Of a stretch of DNA of 64,000 nucleotides, positions 35,086 through 45,874 are shown piece after piece. Numbering within the stretch: the first letter of the stretch is position 1; each line of letters starts with the position of its first letter. The translations under genes and the position numbers were made by a program. The DNA comes from an uncultured Thermoleophilia bacterium (GTDB lineage: Bacteria > Actinomycetota > Thermoleophilia > UBA2241). Location: contig CAVPXV010000004.1 in NCBI GenBank assembly GCA_963709845.1, forward strand, positions 65,181-129,180. Reading direction: 5' to 3'. The notes under the pieces were generated by a model. It had not been told where the DNA came from and searched no databases. It was given only the letters and a program-made list of their open reading frames with translations.

Positions 35086-36828
35086 TCAGGGAGCGGTGGG
35101 CAGGATGCTGGCCTGTTGGCTGTCGAGGCCGGTGGCCCCAGAAGGATACGGGGGGTTGGAGGCGGGATCCTGGAGCGCGCCGCTGCCGTCGTAGGCGCGC
35201 ACCTTGAACACGTGCTCGCCGCTCTGGAACGGCCATTCGTAGCGCCAGATCACCCAGGTCAGGCCGGACAGCGGCGGCCGCAGTTCGGCCGCCTCCCACG
35301 GCCCTTCGTCGACCTGCACGTCCACCCTTGAGATGCCGCGGTCGCCGGCGTCGGCGATGCCCCCGACCGGCACGAAGGTGTGGCCGGCGCGCATCGTCAA
35401 CGAGTCGGTCGCGACGGTGTCGATCACGGAGGTCGTCTTGCGGATCGCCTGCGCGTCCCATCCGCGCTTCACCCAATAGCCGGGGATCCACTGCGACACG
35501 AGCACGATGTCCGTGATCCACTTGGGCTGCTTCATGCCGTACACGTCCGGGACGTAGACGCGCAGCGGGTAGCCGTGCTCCTGCGGCAGCGGCCTCCCGT
35601 TCCACGCATAGGTCAGCAGGATCCTGCGGTCCCTGTCGACCGTCGCCAGATCGACGGACTCGTCAAAGCCGTCGGCGGAGAGGAGATGCGCGTAGCGCGC
35701 CCCGGCCAGGGGGGCGGCGTCGGCGAGGACGTCGTGCAGCGACGGGCCGGTCCACAGGGTGGTCCCGATCAGCGGCCCGCCCACCGGGTTGGAGATGCAC
35801 TCGAGCGTGATGAACTCGTCGCGCGCGTGGTAGCCGGACCTGATCTGCTGCAGCGTCAGGGTGAGCGGGCGAGCGACCATGCCGCTGATGCGCAGCCGCC
35901 AGGTGGCGGCGTCGAGCGCCGGCGGCGTGAGGTCGATGTCCACGCGGTAGAACTCCGGCAGCGGCGTGTACTCCGGGCGGGTCCCCGGGACGGGCTTCAC
36001 CGCAGAGTCGGCGTTGGGGAAGGGGATCGGCGCCTTGACGAGCGCGGGCACCTTGGGCCCACCCTCGACGCTCAGGACCTCGGCCAGCTCGGCGCCCAGC
36101 ACGACAATGGTCGCGGCGAGGCCCCCCATGCCGATCACGAAGCGCCGCCGGCTGAGCCGCGTGACCTCCGCCTCCGACGGCGTCGCCGGCGGGCGCGGGG
36201 GCGGGGGCGGGGCCGCGGACGGCACCGCCCCGGTCTCCATCGCCTCGTCAAGCGCCTCCCGCGAGCGATCCGGCTCCGCGGGCGGGTAGGCGTGGAGGTA
36301 CATGCGCACGAGAGCCCAGCCCCAGAGCTGGAACGTCCCGAGCACCCAGACGACGATGGCGGCCGTCCCGAACATGGTGGTCGGCGGCGCCTCGACGAGG
36401 GTGAGCACGAGGCTGAAGAGGCCGAACGCGCCTGCCAGCGCCTGCGCGTAGCGGCGCACTCGGGTCACGTCCGGAGTCCTCACGAGGGCGAAATACAGCA
36501 GGCCGGCCAGCGCCCCGGCCGCGAAGAGGCTGGTGAGGGCGAGCGCCTCCTCGGTGACTTTGGCGGTGTTCTTGATGTTGAGACCGAGGCCTTCGAGCAC
36601 GCGCAGCGTGGTCTCGAGGCCGAAGATGACGAGCCGCCCGGGGAGCACGCGGATCAGCCACTCGAACACCGCAAAGGGAACCATGGGCAGCCCGAGCCGG
36701 GCGCCGAGCGCGAGCAGCCCCAGCAGGCCGGCGCTCGCCAGCGCCCCTGCCGCGAGGCCGACGAACGCCCTTCCGATCCAGTTGCGTCTCACGTGGCACC
36801 GTTCCCGCGAGGGGGTTGAGCTCTCCAT
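35086..36828 (-). CDS. molybdopterin-dependent oxidoreductase (sulfite-oxidase/MsrP-like) with an N-terminal multi-TM domain
   Basis: Start [13 protein letters not shown]. Six or so TM helices precede a C-terminal Mo-cofactor oxidoreductase domain (...[19 protein letters not shown]...), which is the sulfite-oxidase family fold. Confidence 0.8.
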   Translation of the reverse strand: MESSTPSRERCHVRRNWIGRAFVGLAAGALASAGLLGLLALGARLGLPMVPFAVFEWLIRVLPGRLVIFGLETTLRVLEGLGLNIKNTAKVTEEALALTSLFAAGALAGLLYFALVRTPDVTRVRRYAQALAGAFGLFSLVLTLVEAPPTTMFGTAAIVVWVLGTFQLWGWALVRMYLHAYPPAEPDRSREALDEAMETGAVPSAAPPPPPRPPATPSEAEVTRLSRRRFVIGMGGLAATIVVLGAELAEVLSVEGGPKVPALVKAPIPFPNADSAVKPVPGTRPEYTPLPEFYRVDIDLTPPALDAATWRLRISGMVARPLTLTLQQIRSGYHARDEFITLECISNPVGGPLIGTTLWTGPSLHDVLADAAPLAGARYAHLLSADGFDESVDLATVDRDRRILLTYAWNGRPLPQEHGYPLRVYVPDVYGMKQPKWITDIVLVSQWIPGYWVKRGWDAQAIRKTTSVIDTVATDSLTMRAGHTFVPVGGIADAGDRGISRVDVQVDEGPWEAAELRPPLSGLTWVIWRYEWPFQSGEHVFKVRAYDGSGALQDPASNPPYPSGATGLDSQQASILPTAP

Positions 36829-36918
36829 GATTCTACTCGGAGCGACCCCGGCAGTCCCCGAGCCCGTGAACCGTGCCGCGAGGACGGGTATCAATCAGTG
36901 TCGCCGTCGGAGGTAGAG

Positions 36919-37035
36919 ATGCTCGAGCTGAACTGGTTCTCCCGTCGCGCCGCGGCGATCGTCGTCGTGGCCGCGATCGTGATCGCCACCGCGGTCGTCC
37001 CGGCCTGGTGCGTCGCCACCGGTATGTGGTGGTGA
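36919..37035 (+). CDS. candidate small hydrophobic protein (38 aa)
   Basis: Own reading: strong SD GGAGGT, then 4 nt, then ATG. MLELNWFSRRAAAIVVVAAIVIATAVVPAWCVATGMWW* has one predicted TM helix. It is divergent from the MsrP-like gene, 90 bp away. Confidence 0.3.
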   Translation: MLELNWFSRRAAAIVVVAAIVIATAVVPAWCVATGMWW

Positions 37036-37107
37036 CCGGTCGCGTACTACGAGGCGGCGGCCGGCATGCCGGCCGCCGCCTCGTCGGTACACGCTTCCCC
37101 CGCCGCG

Positions 37108-37449
37108 TCAGTTGTTCCTGCAGCTCTCCTGGTCGCAGCGCCGCAGCAGGAACGTGCGGTACTTGTGCATGTCACTGTCAAGGCGCTTCTGCGCTCGCTC
37201 GATGTCCTCGTCGCGGTCGCCACGCGCCGGCCTGTACTCGAGATCGACCGACACCTTCGTCAGCGAGTCGCCCTCGCTCTCGAACTTGACCGTGCCGGAG
37301 TCAGCGTCAAGCTCCGAGAGCGACGCCGAAACGTCGGCGAAGCCCTTGGCGTAGCTGCCGTACAACGAGCGCCACACGTACTCTCTCCACTCACGATCGG
37401 CGAACCGCACGGGAACGTCCGCTTCGATCGATGAACTCAAGTGCGCCAT
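37108..37449 (-). CDS. conserved small protein (113 aa), paralog of 25863..26207
   Basis: MAHLSSSIEADVPVRFADREWREYVWRSLYGSYAKGFADV...KYRTFLLRRCDQESCRNN, with an AGGAGAAA SD. It forms the 3' end of the 355 aa track ORF. Confidence 0.6.
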   Translation of the reverse strand: MAHLSSSIEADVPVRFADREWREYVWRSLYGSYAKGFADVSASLSELDADSGTVKFESEGDSLTKVSVDLEYRPARGDRDEDIERAQKRLDSDMHKYRTFLLRRCDQESCRNN

Positions 37450-37549
37450 GATTTCTCCTGGTGCTTGCCGATCCTCGCGTGTCGCCACGCGAACTGCACC
37501 GAAAAGTGTTCCCCCAGGGCGGCGCGTTCCAACGCCCGCCGGCTGGCCG

Positions 37550-38175
37550 TCACGGCATCTGCGCCGGCAGCCCCGTCGCGAGATCGAGCGCCTGCGTGGC
37601 CCGCTGCGCCGAGTAGTTGGTGAGGTAGGTCGCCTGCGCCGGACGCCGAGGCCGGCCGCCGTGCTGTCCGTGCTCGCCTGCGCGTTGGCGCACTCGGTCT
37701 CGAACCCGCCGTAGGTGCTCTGCACGAGCGTGATGTAGTGCTTGTAGCGGATCTCGCCGCCGACCGTGCCGTTCTTGTCGAGGCTGTCGGCGACGGCGCG
37801 AAAGCCGCTGTAGGCGGTCTTGCCGGTCCACGCCGCCGGCACGCTCGTGATCGAGTCGTAAAACGGCACGTAGGCGCTCGAACAGGGGCGGCTCGTGGCG
37901 ACCCACATGACGCCGCCCACCGTCTCCGGTAGCCAGCCGCGCAGCTGCCAGACGGCGCTGTAGTCGGTGGTCGCGTAGCAGATCGGCCGATCTGTCTGGG
38001 CGTGCGGGCTCATCTTGGTGTAGCCCGCCGTCTGGTCGAGGGTCGTGCCTTCGTAGTGATAGCGGCAGATGGCGGCGATGGTCTGCCGCGTGAGCTTCTG
38101 CGCCGGCACTACGTAGACGGGTCGCGTCGCATAGGGCAGGGTGAGATCGAGGGTCAGCAACGGCGCGACCTTCAT
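37550..38175 (-). pseudogene. frameshifted protein fragment (possible C69-like peptidase C-terminal region)
   Basis: MKVAPLLTLDL...YHYEGTT...SAVWQLRGWLPETVGGVMWVATSRPCSSAYVPFYDS...ECANAQASTDSTA reads like a genuine protein, then degenerates. The plausible C-terminus ...QATYLTNYSAQRATQALDLATGLPAQMP* is in another frame (ORF 37550..38188). The frame change is near 37630-37660. The family call is tentative. Confidence 0.3.
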
Positions 38176-38252
38176 TGAAGGTACGCACTGCGGTTGGCGT
38201 TATCGTAAGGGCGCGGGCGACATCGCCCCTCGGGCGGGGTCCGCCGGAGGGC

Positions 38253-39122
38253 TCAGGCCACCTGGATCGAGCGCTTGGAGAGGCCCAGCCAGTACCCGTC
38301 GATGGGCGTGGCCAGGGGAGCGCCCGGCTCGGCGGCGCCGAGCGTCACGAACAGCGGCAGGAAGTGGTCCGCCGTCGGATGCGCGTAGCGCGCCGACGGC
38401 ACGGTGCGGTAGTCGGCCAGCGCCTCGAGGTCGCGGCGCTCCAGAGCTTCGGCCGCCCAGCCGTCGAACTCCACCGACCACGCCGGCGGCTCGGCGTCGA
38501 TGCGGAACTCGCGCAGGTACGGGAGCCCGTGCGTGAGGAAGCCGCTGCCCACGATGAGCACGCCGTCGTCGCGCAGCGGCCGCAGCCGCGCGCCGAGCTC
38601 CAGCAGCCGCCAGGGGTCCTGGCTGGGCAGCGAGATCTGCAGCACCTCGACGTCGGCCTCCGGATACATCACGAGCAGCGGCACGTAGGCACCGTGGTCC
38701 AGGCCGCGCTGCGGCTGCTCGGCCACCGGCGCGGAGGGCTCGACCAGCGCGCGCACCTGCGCCGCCAGGCCGGGCGCCGGAGGCGCCGGGTAGGCGGCGC
38801 GGTAGTAGCGCTCGGGGAAGCCGTAGAAGTCGTAGATCAGCGGCACCCCGGGGCGTGCGGCGCCGAGGGTGAGTGGCGCCGCCTCCCAGTGCGCCGAGAC
38901 CATCAGGATGGCGCGCGGCCGCGGCAGGGCGCGCGCCCACGCCGCCAGCTGGGCGACCCACAGGGGGTCGTCCACGAGGGGCGGCGCGCCGTGGCCCAGG
39001 TAGATCGCCGGCATGCGGCCCTCCACGAGGCCTGTGGATGCCGCCGAGGCGACCTGCTCGGCGGCGTGCGCGAGCTCTGCGTCTGAGAGGGCCTCTGCCC
39101 GGGGAAGGAACGCGTCGTCCAT
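38253..39122 (-). CDS. extradiol ring-cleavage dioxygenase, class III subunit B (LigB/DODA/YgiD family)
   Basis: Internal start MDDAFLPRAEALS.... ...MPAIYLGHGAPP...ILMVSAHWE... is the 4,5-DOPA-dioxygenase-like signature. Confidence 0.8.
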   Translation of the reverse strand: MDDAFLPRAEALSDAELAHAAEQVASAASTGLVEGRMPAIYLGHGAPPLVDDPLWVAQLAAWARALPRPRAILMVSAHWEAAPLTLGAARPGVPLIYDFYGFPERYYRAAYPAPPAPGLAAQVRALVEPSAPVAEQPQRGLDHGAYVPLLVMYPEADVEVLQISLPSQDPWRLLELGARLRPLRDDGVLIVGSGFLTHGLPYLREFRIDAEPPAWSVEFDGWAAEALERRDLEALADYRTVPSARYAHPTADHFLPLFVTLGAAEPGAPLATPIDGYWLGLSKRSIQVA

Positions 39123-39245
39123 CGAGTCTCGTTTCTGTGCTCGCTCCTGCGGCCTCAGACTACGCGATGACGCGCCGGCGGGACACCGCGCCGGGAGCTG
39201 GACGGGGCAGGAGTCCGCCGCGCGCCCGTTCACGCCTAGGAATCC

Positions 39246-39275
39246 TTGACACTAGCTACCCTCAAGGTACTAAAT
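39246..39275 (+). promoter_or_regulatory. candidate sigma-70-type promoter for the APC permease
   Basis: Perfect -35 TTGACA (39246-39251), a 17-nt spacer, then an A/T-rich TACTAAAT in a local low-GC patch. AAGGGGGGA SD precedes ATG 39324. Confidence 0.3.
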
Positions 39276-39323
39276 GGCGGGCAAGGGTGCACTAGCTTGT
39301 ACGTCTGCGACAAGGGGGGATAG

Positions 39324-40940
39324 ATGTCGGATTCGCAGTTCACGACACCACCAGCTCCACAGCAGCTGGACGAGGACACCAAGCGACTACACGAGCTCGG
39401 GTACGCTCAGGAACTCAACCGGGGGATGAGCGGGTTCTCCAACTTCGCCATCTCCTTCACCATCATCTCCATCCTGTCGGGCTGTCTGACCGTCTACTCG
39501 TACGGCCTGCTCCACGGCGGCCCGCCGGTGATGAACTGGGGCTGGCTGTTCGTGGGCGTGATGGTGATCTTCGCCGGCCTGTCGATGGCCGAGATCTGCT
39601 CGGCCTACCCGACGGCCGGCGGCCTCTACTACTGGTCGGCCAAGCTGGCGCCCGGCAACAGCGGGCCTTGGTGGTCGTGGTTCACCGGCTGGTTCAACCT
39701 GCTGGGGCAGGTCGCCGTCACGGCCGGCATCAGCTTCGGCTGCGCCTTCTCGGTCGCGGCATTCCTGGGCGAGATGACGGGCAAGGCCTACTGGCTCTCG
39801 CCGGGGCATGTCCTCTTCCTCTTGGCCATCATCCTGTTCCTGCAGGGCGTGTTGAACACCTTCAACGTCCGCCTGGTGGCTCTGCTCAACGACGTCTCGG
39901 TCTACTGGCACCTCATCGGCGTCGCGATCATCGTCGTCCTCCTGTACTGGGGGCCCGCCAAGGGATCGACCCACAACTCGGTCTCCTTCATGTTCGGCAG
40001 TGCGGGCTGGAACGCGTTCAAGGGGCTCTCGGGATGGACGGTGCCCCTCTACATCGTCGCTCTCGGCATGCTGAACGCCCAGTACACGTTCACCGGCTAC
40101 GACGCCTCGGCCCACGTGTCCGAGGAGACGAAGTCGGCCAACGTCCAGGCGGCCAAGGGCATCGTCAGGTCCATCTGGGTCTCGCTCATCGCCGGCTTCA
40201 TCCTCCTGGTCGGCGTCAGCTACGCCATCCCGAACTTCTCGCATCCCGTCAAGTTCGCGGGGACCATCTACACGAACTACGCGCAGTTCGCGGCGACGTA
40301 TCCCAACTGGGCGGTGACCTTCGTCTCGGCGGCGGGCAGAAGTGCGGCTCTGCTGCTCATCGTGATCGTCATCGTGGCGCAGTTCTTCTGCGGCATGTCG
40401 TCGGTCACGGCGAACTCGCGGATGATCTACGCGTTCTCGCGCGACGGCGCGGTGCCGGGCTCCAACTTCTGGCACCACGTCAGCAAGAAGCGGCGCGTTC
40501 CGGTGCGCTCGGCCTGGTTCGGCGCCGTGGGGGCGTTCATCATCTCGGTCCCGTACCTGTACAACTACACCGCCTACAACGCCGTGGTGGCCACCGCCGT
40601 CATCGGCCTCTACATCGCCTACCTGACGCCCGTCTTCCTGCGTCGCATCAACTCGAAGGCCTTCGTACCCGGCCCGTACGTGCTGAACAAGACCGTGAGC
40701 TTCTGGGTCGGCTGGATCGCCATCGTCTACGTGATCTTCATCTGCATCATCTTCCTGCTGCCTCCCTACAGCCCCATCACGCGGCAGAACTTCAACTACT
40801 CGATCGTGGTGGTGCTGGCAGTCATCGGCTTCGCCGTCATCTGGTGGATCGCCGGTGCCCGCAAGTGGTTCAAGGGCCCGAAGATCCAGGGTACTCCGGA
40901 AGAACTCGCCGAGATCGAGCGCGACCTGACCATCATCTGA
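39324..40940 (+). CDS. APC-superfamily amino acid permease
   Basis: 538 aa with about 12 TM helices. The N-terminal region ...NFAISFTIISILSGCLTVYSYGL... and length are typical of this family. Confidence 0.88.
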   Translation: MSDSQFTTPPAPQQLDEDTKRLHELGYAQELNRGMSGFSNFAISFTIISILSGCLTVYSYGLLHGGPPVMNWGWLFVGVMVIFAGLSMAEICSAYPTAGGLYYWSAKLAPGNSGPWWSWFTGWFNLLGQVAVTAGISFGCAFSVAAFLGEMTGKAYWLSPGHVLFLLAIILFLQGVLNTFNVRLVALLNDVSVYWHLIGVAIIVVLLYWGPAKGSTHNSVSFMFGSAGWNAFKGLSGWTVPLYIVALGMLNAQYTFTGYDASAHVSEETKSANVQAAKGIVRSIWVSLIAGFILLVGVSYAIPNFSHPVKFAGTIYTNYAQFAATYPNWAVTFVSAAGRSAALLLIVIVIVAQFFCGMSSVTANSRMIYAFSRDGAVPGSNFWHHVSKKRRVPVRSAWFGAVGAFIISVPYLYNYTAYNAVVATAVIGLYIAYLTPVFLRRINSKAFVPGPYVLNKTVSFWVGWIAIVYVIFICIIFLLPPYSPITRQNFNYSIVVVLAVIGFAVIWWIAGARKWFKGPKIQGTPEELAEIERDLTII

Positions 40941-40977
40941 ATCTCAGGCGTGTTCGAGGCTTCGGCCGCGGACACGA

Positions 40978-41017
40978 AGCGGGGCGGGGAGCCATGCTCC
41001 CCGCCCCGCTTCTTCGT
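40978..41017 (+). terminator. intrinsic terminator hairpin (GCGGGGCGGGGAGC stem), copy 1
   Basis: AAGCGGGGCGGGGAGC-CATG-GCTCCCCGCCCCGCTT-CTTCG, 38 nt after the permease stop. Nearly identical to the hairpin at 51391. Confidence 0.55.
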
Positions 41018-41118
41018 GGCGGCCCTAGCGTCCCCCGGCCGCAGGCCGGTGACAGCCTGCCCCGTAGCAGCATCGTGCCGGTGACAGGCGGCCACAAACG
41101 CGACATGAGGTGATCGAC

Positions 41119-41814
41119 ATGCCCGAAGGCAACGCCAACGTCGAGATCGCAGAGCACCTGCGAGAGCACGGCGACGCGAAGACTCATGGCTCTGGGTCAC
41201 GCAGGCGGCTGGAATGGACTGAGATCCTCGAGGCGATCCTGCTGGCCGTCGTCGCCCTCGCCACCGCCTGGAGCGGCCTGCAATCGGCCAAGTGGGACGG
41301 CGCGAGCGCCAAGGCATATGCGAGCTCGTCGCGACTGCGCGCCCAGAGTACCGAGGCATCCCTCGCCGGCAACCAGACCTTGGCCTACGATGCCGGGACG
41401 TTCAACTCCTGGCTTCAGGCCACCCTGACCGGAGACAAGAAACTCAGCGCTGCGTTCGCAGGCCGGTTCACGCCCGAGTACAAGGTGGCCTTCGACGCCT
41501 GGCTCAAGCTCGACCCGCTGCACAATCCCAAGGCGCCGCGCGGTCCGGGCCTCATGCCGCAGTACAAGAATCCGCTGACCGAGAGAGCCGCCGTGCTGGG
41601 CGCCCAAGCGACGGGGCAGTTCACCGCCGGGGTCGAGGATCGCGACACCGCCGAGCACTACGTGCGCATCACCGTCATCCTCGCCGCCGTGCTCTTCCTC
41701 ATCGCCCTCGGGCAACGCTTCGATTTCCGCGGCGTGCGCGTCGCGGTGATGACCGTGGCCGGCGCCCTGCTCGTCTACGCAGCCGTGCTGATGCTCACCT
41801 ATCCGCGCGCGTAG
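41119..41814 (+). CDS. DUF4337-like membrane protein
   Basis: The ATG at 41119 (MPEGNANVEIAEHLREHG...) is preceded by a GAGGTGA SD. The track lists a GTG start at 41110. One N-terminal TM helix and one C-terminal TM helix. Confidence 0.55.
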   Translation: MPEGNANVEIAEHLREHGDAKTHGSGSRRRLEWTEILEAILLAVVALATAWSGLQSAKWDGASAKAYASSSRLRAQSTEASLAGNQTLAYDAGTFNSWLQATLTGDKKLSAAFAGRFTPEYKVAFDAWLKLDPLHNPKAPRGPGLMPQYKNPLTERAAVLGAQATGQFTAGVEDRDTAEHYVRITVILAAVLFLIALGQRFDFRGVRVAVMTVAGALLVYAAVLMLTYPRA

Positions 41815-41833
41815 ACGCGGCCGGAGGCGCGCC

Positions 41834-44335
41834 TTGGCGTCAGAGGATTCCCCCAGCTCCCGGCTTCCCACGCTGTCCTCGCTGAGGCGCGCCGCCGCCG
41901 GGCGCATCGGTTCTGCTCCCTACATCCGCAAGTGGCTGATCCTCGGCCTCCTGATCGGCATTGTGGCCGGGCTGGGCGCCGTCGTGTTCGTCAATGCTCT
42001 CCAGCTGGCCACCCACTTCCTGCTCGGCGTGGTCGGCGGCTACACTCCGCCATCACCGGCGAACGAGGGCGGGATCACCGCCGCTGGCCACTTCGCTCGC
42101 GCCTGGGCGATCCCCCTGATCGTCGGGTTCGGCGGCCTGGTCTCCGGGCTCATCGTCTATCGCTTCGCGCCGGAAGCCGCGGGGCACGGCACCGACGCCG
42201 CCATCGCCGCCGTGCACCGCGATCCCAAGGGCATCCGTCCGAAGACGCCGATCGTGAAACTCGTCGCCTCGGCGATCACCATCGGCTCCGGGGGTTCGGG
42301 CGGTCGCGAGGGTCCGACCGCGCAGATCAGCGCCGGGTTCGCCTCGTTTCTCGCGCGCGCCTTGTCCCTCAGCCAGGACGACGCGCGCATCGCCGTCACG
42401 ATCGGCATCGGCGCCGGCATCGGCGCCATCTTCCGCACGCCGCTCGGCGGCGCCCTCGTCGGCGCCGAGATCCTCTACCTGCACGACTTTGAGACGGCGG
42501 CGATCGTCCCCGGCCTCGTCGCTTCGATCGTCGGGTTCGCGGTGTACGGCGCCATCGAGGGCTTCGCCCCCATCTTCGGCTATCACCCCGGCCTGGTCTT
42601 CGACCGGCCGATCCAGCTCCTCTACTACGCCCTCATCGGCGTGGTCGCCGCCCTCGTCGGCCTGCTCTACGACAAGACGTTCTGGTCGATGCACGGCCGG
42701 TTCCGGCGCTCATCGCTCCCCAAGTGGCTCACGCCGGCCATCGGCGGCCTGCTCGTCGGCTGCCTGGCGCTCGTGTTCCCCGAGGTCCTCGGCACCGGCT
42801 ACGGCTGGGTGCAGAAGATGATGAGTCCCGACATCCTCACCTTCCCGGTCTGGCTCCTGCTGCTCCTGCCCTTCGCCAAGATCCTCGCCACGAGCCTCTC
42901 GATCGGCTCCGGCGGCTCCGGCGGCATCTTCGGGCCGGGCATGGTCATCGGCGCGCTCGTCGGAGCCGCCGTCTGGCGCCTGCTCGAGCACTTCGCCCCG
43001 GGCGTGCCCTTGAGCCCCGCGCCCTTCGTGATCGTCGGCATGATGGCGAGCTTCGGCAGCATCGGGCACATCCCCATCGCGACGATGATCATGGTCGCCG
43101 AGATGACCGGCAACCTCTCGCTGCTCGCGCCGGCGATGGTCGCGGTCGGCATCGCCACGCTCATCGTCGGTAACCACCACATCTACCGCTCACAGCTCCC
43201 TTCGCGCAAGGACGCGCCGGCGCATCGCTTTCGCTTCGGCCTCACTCCGATCGGCGCGAGGCCGATCTCGTCATTCATGAGCGAGGCGGCTCTCGTGATC
43301 CAGGCGGACGAGCAGGCTCAGGTCGCCAGGGAGCGCCTCAAGGGATCGGGGCTGACGGCCGCACCGGTCGTCCTCGCCGACGGCACGCTCGTCGGGATCC
43401 TTTCGGCGACTGACGTCGAGGAGCAACTCGAGGGAGCGGGGTCGACGGCGGGCGATCTTGCCGCGACTCGCGGGCCGATGATCTCCGCGGACTCGCCGCT
43501 GGACACAGCCATCGAGCAGCTCGCGTTGGGACAGGCGACCTGGGCCCCGGTAGTCGACTCGCATCGCCTTGTCGGGATCGTGACCTCGCAAGAGCTGCTG
43601 CGCCGTTACACGCATCTCGTCTCTGCAAGCATGCGGCGGCTCGATGCGCTCGCCGGTCGCGGCGTGCTTGTCGAGGGCCGTCCCTCAGCGGCCTCTGGCC
43701 TGGTCGGCAAAACCGTCGCACAAGCCACCTGGCCGCCGGACACGATCGTCCTCAGCGTACAGCGCGGCGGCGAGACCCTGTTCGCGGCGCCGGAGACCAC
43801 CATCGGAGCCGAGGACCAGCTCGTCGTCGTATCCCGGCCCGAGCACCTCGAGGAACTGGCACGCCTCCTCGAACCGGCGGACAGCACCGTGCGGCGGCGG
43901 CGGAGCCGCTGGTGTGATTGGCCCCGCCCGGTCTCGGGATGCGTAGGACGACTCCGGCCAACCGAGAAGCCTGAGGCCACCAACCTGAGACGCAATTTGC
44001 GACACGTCAGCCGCGAAGGTCCGAGCAGCGAACGGGCGATGCCGCGAGGCGCCTGGGCGTACCGGTGCAGCGTCACGCCTGACACGCAGCGCGCAGCTTC
44101 GCGTCGCCGGTCCGTGAGGTGGACCGTGTCGTTCCGCACAAGCTCAACGTCAGCGACGGTTCATCCGCTGTTGCGGTCTCCGCCCCCCACTTTGGCGGGC
44201 GGCCCGTCCTCATCGAGCTCGGCTTCGGCGATGCGATCGGCGAACGACACGCCTCTCGGACGCCCCGCGCGCACCCAGAGGCGATGGAACGTGAACGCGA
44301 TCAGCAGTGCTGCGAAGAGCGAGACGAGCGGGTAG
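41834..44335 (+). CDS. ClC-family chloride channel with C-terminal CBS and TrkA-C (RCK_C) domains; 3' end uncertain
   Basis: GSGGxxGPxxP motifs (GSGGSGGREGPTAQI, GSGGSGGIFGPGM) and GxFxP-type segments are present. CBS pairs are followed by ...VLSVQRGGETLFAAPETTIGAEDQLVVVSRPEHLEELARLLEP. The ORF then continues for 145 codons of Arg/Ser-rich sequence and overlaps the convergent gene by 175 bp, so either there is a C-terminal frameshift or the tail is spurious. Confidence 0.75.
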   Translation: MASEDSPSSRLPTLSSLRRAAAGRIGSAPYIRKWLILGLLIGIVAGLGAVVFVNALQLATHFLLGVVGGYTPPSPANEGGITAAGHFARAWAIPLIVGFGGLVSGLIVYRFAPEAAGHGTDAAIAAVHRDPKGIRPKTPIVKLVASAITIGSGGSGGREGPTAQISAGFASFLARALSLSQDDARIAVTIGIGAGIGAIFRTPLGGALVGAEILYLHDFETAAIVPGLVASIVGFAVYGAIEGFAPIFGYHPGLVFDRPIQLLYYALIGVVAALVGLLYDKTFWSMHGRFRRSSLPKWLTPAIGGLLVGCLALVFPEVLGTGYGWVQKMMSPDILTFPVWLLLLLPFAKILATSLSIGSGGSGGIFGPGMVIGALVGAAVWRLLEHFAPGVPLSPAPFVIVGMMASFGSIGHIPIATMIMVAEMTGNLSLLAPAMVAVGIATLIVGNHHIYRSQLPSRKDAPAHRFRFGLTPIGARPISSFMSEAALVIQADEQAQVARERLKGSGLTAAPVVLADGTLVGILSATDVEEQLEGAGSTAGDLAATRGPMISADSPLDTAIEQLALGQATWAPVVDSHRLVGIVTSQELLRRYTHLVSASMRRLDALAGRGVLVEGRPSAASGLVGKTVAQATWPPDTIVLSVQRGGETLFAAPETTIGAEDQLVVVSRPEHLEELARLLEPADSTVRRRRSRWCDWPRPVSGCVGRLRPTEKPEATNLRRNLRHVSREGPSSERAMPRGAWAYRCSVTPDTQRAASRRRSVRWTVSFRTSSTSATVHPLLRSPPPTLAGGPSSSSSASAMRSANDTPLGRPARTQRRWNVNAISSAAKSETSG

Positions 44336-45631
44336 CCGCGCAGCAGGTTGACGAACAGCGTGAAGCCGACCAGCGCCGTCCCCAGCGCGTTCAGGAGCAG
44401 CGCGCCGCGCTTGTGCTGGCGGTGCGAGAACTTGAGCATCGCGAGCAGGCCGGCCAGGAAGCTCATGAAGACGGAGACCGCGTAGAAGAGCACGAGCTCC
44501 TGATCGCGCCCGCCGGCGGCGGCAATGACGGCGGCGGCGACGCCGAGGTAGAGGACGACCGACCAGTAGGGCGTGTGGTGGGCGTTGGTGCGGCCCATCC
44601 AGGCCGGCAGGATGCCCAGTCCGTGACGCCCGCCGCCGTCGGACCGTGAGAGCGCCTTGAGCAGCCCCGGCCCCGCCTGGAAGGACGAGCTCGCCGCGGC
44701 GAGCAGCAGGAGCGCGCTCGTGGCCTGGAAGAGGGCGAACACGGTGCGTCCCGAGACCGCCCGCGCGACGTCGGCGATCTGGGTGCTGTCGGCCGGCGGG
44801 ATGCCGATATGCAGGCTGACCGCCAGCCAGGTGATGGTCAGGGTCACCGTGCCGACGATGCCGAGCGTGAGCCACAGCGTGAGCCGGCCGAAGCGCCGTC
44901 GGCCACGGTCGTCGAGCTGGGCGAGCTGGGCGATGGCCGACGAAGGGGCCTCTACGCCGGTGGCGAGCGCCATCGCCACCGGGAAGGCGAGGCACACGGC
45001 GAAGATCGCCGAGCGATGTCCGGCGGGAGTGAGCGGCGGCATGGCGGCGGCCGCGGGCATGTGCAGGTAGCCCGAGCCGATCATCACCACGGCCACGGCG
45101 ATGAAGGCCAGCGTCATCAGGGCGAACACGAGGCGGCCCCAGTGGCCGAACCAGGTCAGCCCGGCGACGAGCACCGCCAGCACCAAGCACGATGGGCATG
45201 CGCAGGGGGGCGATGGCCGGGAAGTAGGCGATGATCGCCGAGGCGGCGGCGGCGATGCTGACCGCGATGGTGAGGACGAAGTCGACGACCAGGGCGCCCA
45301 GGGGGATGAAGGCCCAGCCCTCGCCGAAGGCCGTCCCGGCGGCCGCGGCAGAGCCGCCGCCCTCGGGGAAGATCGCCACCAGCTGATGGTAGTTGGCGAT
45401 GACCAGGGCGATGATGCCGATCACCACGAGCATCGTCGGGAACAGCAGCGACAGATTGTTGCCGAGCGCGCGCGTGGCCGCCTCGATCGCGTAGGCGACC
45501 GACGAGACCGGGTCGGCCATCACCGCGAAGGCGAAGCCGATGAAGAGGGCGACCTTGGCGTTGAGGAACGCGGGGCCGCGCTGCAGCGGGATCCTGGAAG
45601 TGCTGGGAGTCTCGACGAGAGTCCGAGCCAT
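44161..45631 (-). pseudogene. APC-family amino acid/polyamine transporter, frameshifted
   Basis: The N-terminal half (MARTLVETPST...AIAPLRMPIVL, from the 44210..45850 frame) and the C-terminal half (VLAVLVAGLTWFGHWGRLVF..., the 44161..45186 frame) are each convincing and read contiguously if one base is inserted or deleted near 45185-45195. Confidence 0.65.
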
Positions 45632-45672
45632 CGAACCGCCTCTCACGCATGCACCCGGCGACGATGACCCGA

Positions 45673-45699
45673 GCGCCGGATCTGACTGGACTCCGGCGC
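45673..45699. repeat. degenerate copy of the palindromic GCGCCGG...CCGGCGC element
   Basis: GCGCCGGatctgactggactCCGGCGC. The loop is related to the reverse complement of the canonical loop. Confidence 0.4.
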
Positions 45700-45711
45700 T
45701 TTGCTCATGCT

Positions 45712-45741
45712 GCGCCGGTTGCCGACCAGACTTCCCGGCGC
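45712..45741 (+). repeat. palindromic intergenic repeat, copy A (GCGCCGGTTGCCGACCAGACTTCCCGGCGC)
   Basis: 7-bp perfect inverted repeat GCGCCGG/CCGGCGC around a 15-16 nt loop. About 45 further nt downstream (...ctacagtacccga..gcct.a...a..gaac.cc) are about 80% identical to the flank of copy B. Confidence 0.6.
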
Positions 45742-45874
45742 ACCTTTGCCTACAGTACCCGACAGCCTGAGCAATAGGAACACCCAAGGCCAAGGAACGC
45801 GACTTGTCCAGAGTCCAAGGTTGAATGCCTACGCCGCGAGCCTGGCACAATCAAGACGCTGCGCCTCAGAAGAG

